Below, in pieces: positions 25,333 through 45,355 of a stretch of DNA of 64,000 nt. The stretch lies in NCBI GenBank assembly GCA_021613535.1, contig CP075496.1, forward strand, positions 3,844,001 to 3,908,000, read 5' to 3'. This DNA is from Adineta vaga. Lineage: Eukaryota; Animalia; Rotifera. The notes below the pieces were generated by a model. The model saw only the letters and a list, made by a program, of their open reading frames with translations. It ran no database searches and had not been told where the DNA came from. Each line of letters opens with the position of its first letter. Positions within the stretch are counted from its first letter, which is position 1. The position numbers and the translations under genes were made by a program.

Positions 25333-27436
25333 ATGAATAATCTTTCAACACCACTACCACCACCACCAACAACAACAAACATCTCATGTTCCAATCCATC
25401 TTTGCTTACCGCTGGACTTCCTTCTCGTTCAATGAAACTATCTCAATGCTTTCCATCCTTATCAATCAATAATCATAATCAAAATCGAGCGACTGATACC
25501 CAACCAATAATTTCAAACTCACAACAAAATGATGTTAACAGTGACTATACAATTCTTTCTCATCGAACAATTTCAGATACATATTTAAATCTATCACGAA
25601 AAGATATTGATGATATTATGACAGCTTTGCATACTCTTGCTCAACATCTACAATATGATGTTGAGAGTATCAATCAACAACATATGATTTCAAGTGATGA
25701 TAATGAAAGTCATCATCTGGCAAAGCTTTATTCTAAGGAAACCCATCATACTTTAAAAAGCTCCATTCAAACAAACAGTTCTTCTTATCATCGTCATCAA
25801 TATTCAATACGAAAAAATCGACGTCATTCTTTATCATCAGATCGTTGGTTTCATCATCAAGATCATGTAAAAATAACACACCGAATATATCGATCCATGC
25901 TTATTTAATTACTCATTCTTATATTATCTAGATCAAATCTCATCGAAATTTCATTGCAAAATTTCATCATGATCTATACGATATGAAATATCAACAAAAA
26001 CATCGAATTTATCGACATCTCCAACAACAACAACAAAATTTAATCAGTTATCCTTCCTATAGTACGAACGCAATCGTTTATGCAACACCGTGTAAATCAA
26101 ATCAACAACTTAGACATATCTATCACTGTTCTCGACAACATCAATCAACTACAAGAACATATTCATATGATCAATATCAACCATCAATCAAACAAAATCT
26201 CACATCATCTATCTCGTTATCTTCGTATATCCTTGATCAACTTGTTTCAATTGATCAAAACGAACCTATTCTAAAAAACATACAAATCTTACCAAAACAA
26301 GCTTATAAGTTACAAATACTTCAAAATAATCCTATATACAGTTTTATTTCCGGTGATTCTTTAAATACAAAAGCTAAATCTGATGTAAACGATCGAATTC
26401 AATCAAATAAAATCGATGTTGCAACGCAATGGAGTTTACAAAGTTTGTCATCATCATCACTATTATGTAATGATAATAAAGCAATTGAGTTCAATCATCA
26501 AGATGAAGAAGCTTTGAACTTACATGTAACACATACGAATTCAAATATTTTAACAGAATTAACTACGTCGAACACCGTAGTTGTGGAAAATGATTCAATT
26601 CAATTAAACGATCGTAAGACAAAAACAGATTCTCATGATAAATTCATACTTACCCCTCATCTTTAGTATCGAATGATCAAGAGAACAATATATCTTCGAT
26701 TAAACATAATGAATATGAAATAACAAAAAGTATGACAGAACGACTTTTAACAACGCTTAATCTTCCAACTTGCAAATGCTCAACAACAAACAGAAGTCTC
26801 AAACATTCATTAATTGATAGTGATTCGTCGATCAATGCCGCATCAAATACAAAAAGAATGAAACAACTTTCAAAAAAATGTATATAATCCTTATTTTTAG
26901 AGATTTCAATCGAGTATTAGAATAGAATAAAAACTACCAATACTTTTACATTGAATATCTCGAAACGGAAGGAAACAGTCATTTTGCTTTGAGTGCTTCT
27001 TTATAGTATACATGTATATAGTCTATAGGAACTTGATAGATTCTCGTAAATCGGAACGGAAAACTCACAGGCACTGACTTTTTCCTACGTATACGACAAT
27101 TCTAATCAATAGAAAGTCTTCACTTTCTAGCAGGTAACAAACGATCCTGTCAACATTCATCGAAACCAAATCATACTATAAAACGAACACGTTTTCTACA
27201 ATCAAATGATCGATTAATGAATGCAATTCACTCATGTAAAATAATTGATCTGAATAGTGACGATTCATCTTTTGATTTCTTTGATATTGATACAACATTT
27301 ACGGATGCATACGATCGATTATTTACTGACACAACAACAACATCAGAAAAGTATATTTATTCAAAGAAGAGACAACTAAATCTTTATCTTTAATCATTAT
27401 TGTTTTCTTTTATTTCTTTTTGATAGATCTTCTTAA
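25333..27436 (+). CDS. Uncharacterised low-complexity (Ser/Gln/His/Asn-rich) protein, ~5 exons
   Basis: ORF fragments join in frame through GT-AG introns at ~25867-25931, 26614-26666, ~26880-27130 and ~27351-27426, ending TCT TCT TAA (27436); no recognised domain. Confidence 0.6.
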
Positions 27437-28091
27437 AATAGAAATTATCTGCTCGGTTAACTAACGCCATCTATCATCAAATTAAATCGTATAATTTTTT
27501 TTCAAAAAATTTTTTCTTCATCAATTTTCTTCTGTAAATAAACTAAAAAACGAATTTTTCTAAATAATTTTCTTCTAGAAATTATTTATTGTATTTATTA
27601 TATGTCTAAATACCTATTTGTATGTCATTCGAGAGGCGAAGATGCGCTTACTCAAGATGGCCGATACCTGTACAATAAGCAAGCAAAGCATGTATGTAAT
27701 ACATTAATCGTTGACGAACAAGATGACCATAAAGAGAAGAAAGAGAAAGAAAAAAAAACAGAATATCGTCTACATTTTTTTCATTGAATTTTTTCATTTT
27801 TCAGTTTATAAATAACTCTCTTGATAAATATACATCAGTCTCTTACGCTGGTGTTATTGATTACAAATTTGATTTGTTCTTTTTGTTTCTTTCTTACTTT
27901 AGATTATGAGATTTTGTTTTCTCAAATGGGATAATTAGAAATCGATTGAACATTGATATTGAATATTCATGACTTGGTGAACAGTGTATATCAATCAATC
28001 TTCTATTGAAAAGAACACGAAGAAGACGAAGAAAAAATTACAGTAATCATAGAAATTTTCATATCAAGGGCAATCGAGATTGTATAACAAT

Positions 28092-34206
<6,115 letters not shown>

Positions 34207-35763
34207 TTGATTTCTTTTTTCGTTTCTTCTCTTTATGTTCGATGTCCAAGGCAACTTTCTCTCTCTCGTTCTTTTTTAGTGATTGTATCTCGCATGAGTC
34301 TATCTATCTAGTTCTCTTAAAAATGAATCAAATAACAAAAACACACATCATATGTGTATAGGTGTGTGGGTGTGTATGTGTTGTGTATGTAAGTCACAAA
34401 TTAGGATCTCTCTCGTTCTCTTTCTTTCCTTTTCTCTTCTTCTTCTTCGTCGGTCTCTATCTGCTATGCTGTTGCTCATGCCTAAAAGGCATTTATTTTC
34501 TCTTTCGTGTACGTGTATGTATGTGTGTAAGTGCGAAATTCATCCATGAGAATCGGCTCTTATAAATAATTTTGTTGCTCCTCGCTTCTTTCCTCTACTC
34601 CTATGCACACTTGTAGATCTTAGACAATGAAAACAACTCTTCCCTTCTTTTTTTCTTAATTGAAAAATATGGATGAACAAGATCGTCGTTGCTTTTTGCA
34701 CACTCACACACATATATATATATATATCTATATATACATAACTTGAAATTTTCTTGAGATTATCTGTATGTAATTTATTGTTGACATGAAACGACCAAAA
34801 ACTAGCCTGAAAAATAACAGTGTGTGCTCTATTTGTATATCATGTGTGTTTTCATTACCAAAAAAGTGAAAAGAAAAATTCTTTTTTTTTCTATGTCTGT
34901 GTGTCTGTAAATGTCTTTGTTTTTCTTTGCTCTCGCACATTCTATATTCAATTTGTCTCTTCCTTCTTCGTTGCGCGATATATTTCTTCTTATACTAAAA
35001 TTATACATCATAATTTTATCAACACGCTCATGTACACTTCAATCACATGCAACTTGTTCATTTTTGTTGTGCATGCACGTTTAACTATCTCTCTCTCTCT
35101 CTCAATCGTCTTTTCTTCATCGCTGGTATTCTGGCTTTTCCTGCCTATATCTTCTCACATTTTTTCTCTTTCTTTTTTTCGAAATATGTTCGGTTCCATG
35201 GTATGTTCATTTTGTGTTATCGTTCATATATTTCTATACTCTATTTCGCTCCTTTTTTTGCTGTGTGCGAGCGCGCTGTCTTGAAAGAATATACATATAT
35301 TATATATATACACAACATTCATACGAATGTGCAACGTAATTAGTTTTATTCAAAAAGAAATATTAATCGAAACAAACTGATAGAGAGATAGAAATTGAAT
35401 TGATTGTTTAAAGTACAAACAGAGATTTGACTAGATACTTTTAGGTCATAGAAAAAAAAAATTATTTGGAAAGTATCTCTATTGATATTTCTTACCATAG
35501 AACGATGTATTATGTCTATCAGTCAAGAAGTATCATTGTTAATAGATATATAATATCAAAATGATCAAAAGACGAAAATGCAAAGAATAAAAGACATTCG
35601 ATTTGTTCTATCATCATGTAGCGTTCTCTATCGAGATTTTGTAAAGCGAATTACATCTGTTCGCTAATGGTTCATAGTAAATACCAATATATGTAAAGAT
35701 AATTTGGATTTTCATTTATTTTAATCTATAACACCTATATAAATTTTTTTAGATATCTCAAGA

Positions 35764-38746
35764 ATGTTATCCACCTCATCACAACAGCAACAACATTTAT
35801 TTTCTAGTTATCGTGCTGTAGGTTTAGTAACAAACCATGTGCCATGTGTCTTACGTATACATCAACGTCATTCATCTCATTTACTTTTAACAGCAATCGG
35901 CAAAGTATTTCACGCCTATCGTCTTAATACTCTTCAAGTATTACTTGTTAGTGATCCTCATCCAGAAGATATTCAAGCACTTGCTGCAAATAGTCGATTA
36001 GTTTTTGTTGCTGCTGGATCATCGATCTATGTTTATCGTCGTGTATTTCATCTCTATCAAACTTTAACTGATCATAAAGGTGATGTTCAACATATACTAC
36101 CATTTGGTGATGAACATTTAATTAGTATTGATGCATGTAATACATTACGTGTTTGGGATATTCAATCGGCAAGTGTTTATCTTTCACTTGAATTCGATTC
36201 AAAAAATTTTCATATTACATGTTTACTTCATCCAGCAACGTATGTTAATAAACTTCTTTTAGCATCACGTCAAGGTACAATGCAATTATGGAATATTAAA
36301 TCCAATAAATTACTACATGAATTTTTTACTAATGATAAACAATCATTGAATTCAATAACAGCAATGGCACAATCAACAGTTGTCGATGTTGTTGCTATTG
36401 GATATAATAATGGTCAAATTCGTTTACATAATCTTCGTTATGATGAAACATTAGTTACATTTACACAAGATTTCAATGGACCAATAACATCAATTGCATT
36501 TCGACTTGATAATATTCCACATATGGCAACAGGTTCATCAACTGGACATATATGTATATGGAATTTAGATACATGTCATTTAATTAGTCAAGTACGACAA
36601 GCACATAAAGAATGTTCTATAGCTGCACTTCATTATATTCCTGGTGAACCATTATTGATTTCAAATGGAAATGATAATGCTCTACGTGAATGGATATTTG
36701 ATATGCCTGATGGTCAATCCTGTCGATTATATCGTGAACGTTGTGGACATTCGAAATCGCCACGTTGTGTACGTTTTCATGATAATGAAATAGTCCTATC
36801 GGCTGGTAATGATGGTCGTTTAAGAACATTTCATACAATACTTGATAATCTTTCTCGATGTTTTGGTCGTACGACACGATATAAATGGGAAATGGAATTA
36901 AATGAAGACGATAATGGAAATGATGATAATGATCATAATACTGAACAGCCATTACCAATTATTGATTTACGTTGTGAAATTATCAAAGAAAATGATTGGG
37001 ATGGTATGATAGCTGTACATGAAAATCGACGACGTGTATCAGCATGGAATTTTATACGAGCAACACGAAGTAAACATCGATTTGAACATGAAAGATTTGC
37101 AACAAAAGTTTATCATAATGTCGAAGTTCAAGCAACATCATGTGATATTAGTCCATGTGGAAATTTTTGTGTTATTGGATACTCAACTGGACATATTGAT
37201 ATGTATAATATGCAATCGGGACTTTACCGTGGATCATTTGGTAAATATTCGTTCGTTTTTGAATATGTAAAAATGAATTATTAATCTAGATTTATAGTTA
37301 AACTTTTCTTAGCAGACTAAAATATCTATTTATTGTGCTATGCTAGCTAGAAAAGAATCATTAGGAAGAAATTGATCTTAGACAATAATGAGTACTTTTA
37401 TTAGCAATCTCTATATAAATTTTTGTTTCTTTTCAGACGATAGTCCAATCAAATATGTTGCTAAAAATCCTGGAAAACGTTTAAAATCATCTCCATATGC
37501 TACAGCACATTCATATCCTCTGTGTGGTCTATCATTTGATTCACTTAATACTCGTCTTGTATCATGTGATATCAATGGAAATATTAAATTATGGCGTTTA
37601 AAAACCAAAACATTACTTTCATCAACATCGATTCTTGATCAAGAAATATCTCCACCAACTATTCATATTACGAAAATGATTGTTCATCGTGATAGTGGTC
37701 TAATAGCACTTGCTTTCAATGATCAAACTATTAAAATCTATGATTTTGATACGATGACATTTAAATGTATTCGAACATTTTCAACTAAGATTCATACGAA
37801 AGAAATTACAGCATTAGCATTTATGCCTGATGCTCGTTGGTTATTATCAACATCATTAGATAAAACGATGAAAATTTGGGATATACCAAGTGGAGAATTA
37901 ATTGATATGATTGAATTCGATCAAGCAGTTATTACATTAGGAGTTAGTCCAAATGGTGATATGTTAGCAACTGGACATACAGAAGCATTAGGTGTTTATT
38001 TATGGTCCAATCGATCGATGTATGGTACGTCATCAATAAATTTAACGAATGATCATGAAAATCAACAAGTATTAGTTGGCGAATTTCAATCACCTGAACA
38101 AATATCGAAGAATTTGATTACTTTATCTGCATTACCTGAATCGAAATGGAAAAATCTACTTGTATTGGATACTATTCGTCAACGAAATAAACCCAAAGAA
38201 CCAATAAATATTCCTAAACAAGCACCTTTCTTTTTACCAACTGTTTCCAATCTTCGTGGATTTGTTTTTGTTAATCCTGATGATGAAAATGAAACGAAAG
38301 AAAAAGGAAAAAAACAATCACATATTAATCAAACACAACAATTTCTTTACATGTCTCCATTTACAAATTTACTCGGTCATCATAAAACTAATTCATCAAT
38401 TAGTTCAGATGTGATTAATCTTCTCAAAGATCTTGGTATGGCTAAAATTGAATATGAATTACGATGTCTATCATCTGATCAAGGTGGTTCATTAGAACGT
38501 ATGCTCGTATTTATCGACATACTTTATCAAGCATTTGATAATAAACAAAATTATGATTTGATTAGTTCCTATTTAGCATTGTTTATTCAATTACATGGAA
38601 CGAATTTGATTTGGAAAAATGATGAATTAATTGAAAAGATTCGACAAATTCAATTGAAACAAAAAGAAACATGGAATCATATCCAACGACAACTGAATAC
38701 ATCCATTGCATTGGTCAAGTATATTAAAAGTGTTACTACCATTTAA
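35764..38746 (+). CDS. WDR36: WD repeat protein 36 / Utp21 (SSU processome), 2 exons
   Basis: LFSSYRAVGLVTNHVP N-terminus, HPATYVNKLL, WD repeats, Utp21 C-terminal LITLSALPESKWKNLLVLDTIRQRNKPKEP…KQAPFFLPT; intron ~37241-37436. Confidence 0.93.
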
Positions 38747-38871
38747 CAGTAGTATGATCATCTGCGTGTGCTTTTTTTGTTAAACTTGTTTTGTTTTGTT
38801 TTGTTTTTGTTCTTCATTTTTTGAGAATAAAAAACAAAAAATTCGTATTACATGTCATTGCGTTTTCAGAT

Positions 38872-39676
38872 ATGTTATCCAACACAATTTCATTAGTCAC
38901 TGGAGCAGGGAATGGTATTGGCAGAAGAGTAGCACAATTATTTGCTAATCAAGGCAGCCGAGTTTGTGGCGTGTGAGTTTCCTAAACGATTCTCCTCAAA
39001 TTTGATACCTAATATTCACAAAGATTAGAAACAAAGAAAATTGTTTTTTTGCTTTTTAAGAGATATGAAAACATTCGATTCATCCTGTGAACATTCCTTT
39101 GTTAGTGATATAAGTCAACGTTCGTCTGTTGTTAAACTAGCAGATGAGATCTATGCTCGTACTCAAGCATATCCAACAATTATTGTGAATGCAGCTGGTA
39201 TTACACGTGATGCCTTGTTATTAAAAATGCGTGACGAAGATTTCGATGATGTTATACGTGTTAATTTGAAAGGAACATTTCTTGTCAATCAAATCTTTTG
39301 TCAACGTCTTCTCGCATCGAAACCAACTGATTTAAAAGCAAGTATTATAAATATAGCAAGTATTGTTGGTAAATATGGAAATCCTGGACAATGTAATTAT
39401 TCAGCATCGAAAGCTGGCGTGGAAGCAATGACAAAATCAATGGCACAAGAATTAGGACGTATGGGTATTCGTACAAATGCAATTTTACCGGGATTTATTC
39501 AAACAGCTATGACTGATAAGATTCCCGATAAAGTTAAAGAAAAATTATTATCTATGGTTCCTTTGAATCGAATGGGTACAGTGGATGAAATTGCTCAAGT
39601 GTGCCTATTTTTAGGGTCCAATCAAATGAGTAGCTATGTGAATGGTGCAAGTATTGATGTTACTGGTGGTCTCTAA
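38872..39676 (+). CDS. HSD17B8: Short-chain dehydrogenase, HSD17B8/Ke6-like 3-oxoacyl-ACP reductase, 2 exons
   Basis: TGAGNGIG, P-x-IIVNAAGITRD, VNLKGTFLVNQ, SIVGKYGNPGQCNYSASKAGV, C-terminal IDVTGGL* typical of HSD17B8. Confidence 0.75.
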
Positions 39677-41474
39677 AATTTGACTTTTAATTTATTGTGT
39701 TTTTTTTTCTGACGGAACATGATTTGCTTTTTACAAATTGTTTTTTTTTCAATAAAATAGAAGATAGAACTAGTAAAATCGAGAAAGAATGACGTCAATT
39801 TATTCAGTAGGAAAAATCTTTTAGAATACACTTAATATTTCAATATCTTTTCACGCCCATGATGACGTCCTTAGAACATTTACAGTTGTACTTTTCTCAA
39901 CACGAGTCAATATAATAAAAGAAAGGAAGAGAGAAAGAAAATAATATTATTAATAATGAATGGATACGCCCAAATTTTCTTTTTTTGCTACGCTTTCAGT
40001 TTCAGGGTGTAATGCACAAAAATGTGTATAGAAGACTGTATCTGTGATTGATCATGCATTGAAAAGACTTTGTTCTATATGACTTATAATACGATTTTGC
40101 CCTCAAAGATTAAGCATCACTTATCGATATATGTGTTATATCCAAAGTTCATCAAGAACATTATAAAAGAAAAAGTTCATTTATTGACTCGCCATTATTG
40201 ATGTTAAAAGCTTATACATATAGATGAATTTCTATTTGTGCGGTCATGCTTTACTAAATCTTTCTGTTTAATGAATGTTGATCATATGAGATACAGTCAT
40301 TGTTTTACTCTTAGAGCTCATTTCAATGTCAAAAAGAAAGTTTCATTAGATAAATGACACTAATTCGATATACGTACAAATAATACTTTAGACTTTATAC
40401 CATGACGATCATGATCCAAGCATTTCGAATAAAAATTTAGCTTGCAGGTAGATCGTCATATCATTAAAAAACAGGTAAAGAACGATAAATTATAGATTCA
40501 TTACGCATATCTATGATGAGATAGTTTATTTTTTATTTGATTAAAGTAACTAAAAGTATTATAGATGAGAGGGGAATACAGTGCATCCAGTGCTTCATTT
40601 CTTCTCCTTTTCTCTCTCGTTCTCTTCTTAATATATTAGTATTTAAACGTATCCGTATTTTGCTTATTTCTCCTATTAGTTTATCAGAGCGTACGTAATG
40701 GTGAGTAATTTAGATTCATATGTTTTCAACTATAGTGTGTAAAATAACCACTTCAATTAGATTCTTTGAGAATTGAAAAGAGAAGAAACAAATTTCGGTT
40801 TCCTTAAGATCGTTGTAAAATATATATGTGTCTCAATATTGGATCTTAGGAATCATTGGTAAACGAATGGTGTGTATGGTAATGATGATCATCACCACTG
40901 ATTATACAGAAATCAGGTCGCGAAAACAATCTCAAACTTATTCATGTGTGAATCGAAACAATATAGCGACGAGAAAAATACATTCAATAGGCCATACCAT
41001 AAATTCACGACACCTGATAGTGATGTACAAAAACGTCTGTCATTCATCATATTATACCATATCGTATACTATTTACTTGTTAACTATTGTGAAAAGCTAT
41101 TTTGCTTGTAAGACATATTTATATATTTTAGTTACCTGAATGATCAGTCAGTCTATAGAAATGATTTCTTATTATAGCTCAAGATTGATAACAAATGTCT
41201 TCGTAAATTTTCTTTTTTTTAAATATATATAAAGTTTTTCAATCAAGTATTACAGTGTTCTGTTTTACCTTTATAAAATCATGCTCGATTATATGTCGTA
41301 TTTTTTTATGTACTTCTCGCCGATACGCTTGAAATATTCGTATTTATCTATAAAATAATTTACGTGCATAAATCATTCGTACTTTTAAGGCAACGATATA
41401 TTTTATCTTTTCGTATTTGTTTTCAGAAAGATAATCATTGATTTGCTTATAAGAGAAGGTTTTAACGAAATAAT

Positions 41475-44400
41475 ATGCCACCAGAAGCAGATGGAAAGGA
41501 TAAAGCAACGACTGTGGACATACCAGAAGGTGCAGTTAAAAATTTAACCGTTGAAGAAATGTATGATAAAGAAAAATATGATTTATCAAGTATGGAAGAA
41601 GGTGACGTGTTTAAGATGCTTGAGTAAGTCAATCCAATATGATGGATTCAAATGTTTATCTTCTTGTAAACTTCTAGTGCAACACGGGATGGTTTAACAG
41701 ATGAAGAAGTAAATGAACGTCTGGAAAAAGTAGATATGATGTTATGAACATTGAAGATTTTTACGAAAGAACTTATTTTTCTTTTAGTTTGGTCATAATC
41801 GACTGGATCATAAAGAAAAAAGTCCAATTATAAAATTTCTCTTGTTTATGTGGAATCCACTCTCTTGGGTTATGGAAGCAGCTGCTATTGTAGCTATTGC
41901 TGTTTCGAATGGTGGTGGTCAACCACCTGATTGGGAAGATTTTCTTGGCATTGTTTTACTTCTTCTTGCTAATTCAATTATTGGTTTTATCGAACAAAGT
42001 AAAGCTGGAAATGCAGTCAAAGCGCTAATGGAAGCGTTAGCACCCGAAGCTAAAGCCAAAAGGAATGGTGAATGGAAAGTAATTGACGCAGGTGAACTTG
42101 TTCCAGGTGATATTATTAGTGTAAAATTAGGCGATGTTATACCAGCTGACGCTCGATTAATTGGTAACAGAGAAAATTGGCTTTTTATTCTATGTATACC
42201 GAACATTTTTTGTTCATAATTTTTAGCTGCACACGGTGGAGTTTCCATTGATGAAGCAGCATTGACGGGTGAATCGGTTCCTGCCGATAAAGTCGTTGGA
42301 GATGAAATCTTATCTGGTTCGACTTGTAAACAAGGTGAAGCGGAAGCTATTGGTAAGTGTAAATCAAATCAATATCGAAATAAAAAAATCTTTTTATCGT
42401 TCTTGCAGTTATTGGAACTGGTGTTAATACATTTTTCGGTCGAGCAACTACTTTAGTTAAAAGTGCTGGTGATGAAACTGGTCATCTGCAAGTAATTCTT
42501 GCTCATATTGGAAACTTTTGTATTTTTGGTATTGTGATATTTATTATTGCAGAAATTTTGGTTATGTAGTATGTATCGAAAAGAAAATCAACGCATTCAT
42601 ATTCCATTTATTCTCTATAATGATGTTCTTTTTCAGTGCTGGTTTTCGATATGATTATCGTCGTGGTATTAACAATTTATTAGTACTTTTAATTGGTGGT
42701 ATTCCAATTGCTATGCCAACAGTCTTATCGGTAACATTAGCTATTGGTGCTAAACAATTATCTCAACATAAAGCCATTGTTACACATGTTACAGCTATTG
42801 AAGAACTTGCAGCTGTGACAATTTTATGTTCCGATAAAACAGGAACATTAACATTAAATAAACTTGTGATTGATAAACCGACAATAAAAACATATTCAGA
42901 TGAAACAGCTGATGATGTTATTCACTATGCAGCTATTGCCTCTCGTATGGAAAATCAAGATGCCATGTGAGTTTAATAATAGAGTGGCAATCTTGTTACT
43001 TTATTCATTTTAGTGATACATGTATAACAGGTGCATTTGGTGATATCAAAAAAATACGAGAAGGTATTGAAGAATTAGATTTTCAACCGTAAGTTGATAA
43101 CGAGTTATTTTGTTAAAAAATGTTCTTTTTTTTCTATTATTAAGATTTAATCCTACCAATAAACGAACGGAAATTACTTATAAACTAACAAGTGATGGGA
43201 GTGTACATCGAATTAGTAAAGGTATGTCTCATTCAATATTGGATCTGTGTACACGAGATAAAACGAATGATCAAGTTATACAATTGAATGCTGATGTTGA
43301 TGAATTTGCAAAACGTGGTTTACGAGCATTGGCTGTTGCTGTGGAAGCTGTACCAAATGGAAAAGTAGATGGTGAAGGAAATGGATTTAAACTAACTGGT
43401 CTTTTACCAATCTATGATCCTCCACGTTCTGATACTAAAGAAACGATAGACCGTGCAGTTGAATTAGGTAAAAATCAAGCGTTATTTGATTTAAATAATT
43501 TTTATGAGATTTTTGTAATGTAATAGGTGTAAAAGTTAAAATGATCACTGGAGATCAATTAGCTATTGCTAAGGAAACAGGTCGACGACTTGGAATGGGT
43601 GATAATATGTTTCTATCAAAAACACTTACAGATGGACCACCTCCTGAATCAGGTTATCAAGATGTTGATGATTTAGTTTTGCATGCTGATGGTTTTGCTG
43701 GTGTTTATCCTGAACATAAATATAAAATTATTGAAAAACTACAAGAATTAGGTCATACAGTTGCTATGACTGGTGATGGCGTAAATGATGCACCTGCTCT
43801 TGCTAAAGCAAATGTAGGTGTTGCTGTAGCTGATGCTTCAGATGCAGCACGTTCAGCAGCAGATATTGTCTTAACAGAACCTGGTCTATCGGTTATTATT
43901 GAAGGTAAATTATACTATTTTTAAATAAAATTTCTTGAAAATAAGTCGTTTTCCTGAATAAATAGCTATCATTGGTTCACGACAAATTTTTCAACGTATG
44001 AGAAATTATTCGATTTACACATGTTCAATTACTATTCGTATATTGGTCGGATTTTCTATTCTTATCTTTGCTTTTAAATTCGATTTTCCATCATTTATGG
44101 TAAAGGAAAAAGAAAATCTTTTGTTTTCTATTCGTACTATTTCTCTGATATTCTCTCTAGGTACTTATTCTTGCCATACTTAATGATGGTACAATAATGA
44201 CAATATCAAAAGATCGTGTGAAACCATCACCATATCCAAATAGTTGGAATCTATCAGAAATATTTACCTATGCAATTTTTTATGGAATCTATTTAGCTGC
44301 ATCAACAGTTGTTTTCTTTGCTGTCATAGTTAAAACATCGTTTTTTCAAGATCATTTTCATGTTGATCATTTTGCACAAAATTCTCAATCGGATGATATT

Positions 44401-45231
44401 CCAGGATATAATCATTACAAATTACATTCAATTATTTATTTACAAGTTTCAACTATTAGTCAAGCTTTGATATTCATTACACGTTCACGTGGCTTTTTCT
44501 TTATGGAACGTCCATCTCTTGTATTAGTTGGTGCTTTTATGATTGCACAACTTGTTGCTACCTTTATTGCTGTATATGCTACATGGGAATTTACTGAAAT
44601 TGAAGGTTGTGGTTGGGCATGGGCAGGAATTGTCTGGATATGGAATCTAATTTGGTTTTTTCCATTAGATTTTGTTAAGGTAAACAAGAAATAAAACATG
44701 ATTGTCGTTTTGTATTTAAAGAAAATATTTTCTATTTAACTTCAGTTTGGACTTCGTGCTTACTTTGAACCAAAACATAAACAAGCTGTCGAAGAAGCTT
44801 TAGCAAAAGAACCATCAACACAAGAACAAATTGTTCGTCGTAGAAGTACTATTGCCGGTAGTGTTGGTGCACAATCACGTCGATCAACAATTCATACTAG
44901 TGAAGGTGGTGGACGTTCACGACGAGAAACACTTGCCCAAGCTGCTGCAAAATATTATGCACCAAATGTACAACATCTATCGACATCGCATCATCATAGA
45001 AATTTTGCTCGTATGTTGAAAGTTAATGGTGCAGATGCACCAAGAATTACTGTTGATCATGAGGAACTTCGACGATTTTCACTTGTACAAGTAAGAAAAG
45101 AGCAAACCTCTCATGACTGTTCATTTATCAATATTATCATACTTTTCTATTTTACCTAGGCTCATCATGCATCAAAATTACTCAAATCACCTAGTGTAAA
45201 TGCGAATCGTAGAACAACAACTGCCGTTTAA
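41475..45231 (+). CDS. P3A-type plasma-membrane H+-ATPase (PMA/AHA family), 13 coding exons
   Basis: [51 protein letters not shown] (phospho-Asp), [31 protein letters not shown] (proton-acceptor Asp), ALIFITRS; all exons in frame through 12 short GT-AG introns. Confidence 0.96.
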
Positions 45232-45355
45232 TAGACAATACATTCAATTGTCTTGATAATTGAAAGACTGTTTTTCTGTGTTTTATTGTGTGTGTGTGTG
45301 TGTGAATAATTTTCTTTTCATTTAAACCAAAAAAACTTATAATAATAAATTACTG

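Noticed and set aside
34352-35343. Several hydrophobic ORFs downstream of MARK
   Set aside because: Products of T/C-rich, microsatellite-containing 3' UTR sequence.
41475-45231. Fungal contamination as the source of the H+-ATPase
   Set aside because: Same AT content and intron size/style as the flanking animal genes on one contiguous sequence; read-level confirmation is still advisable.
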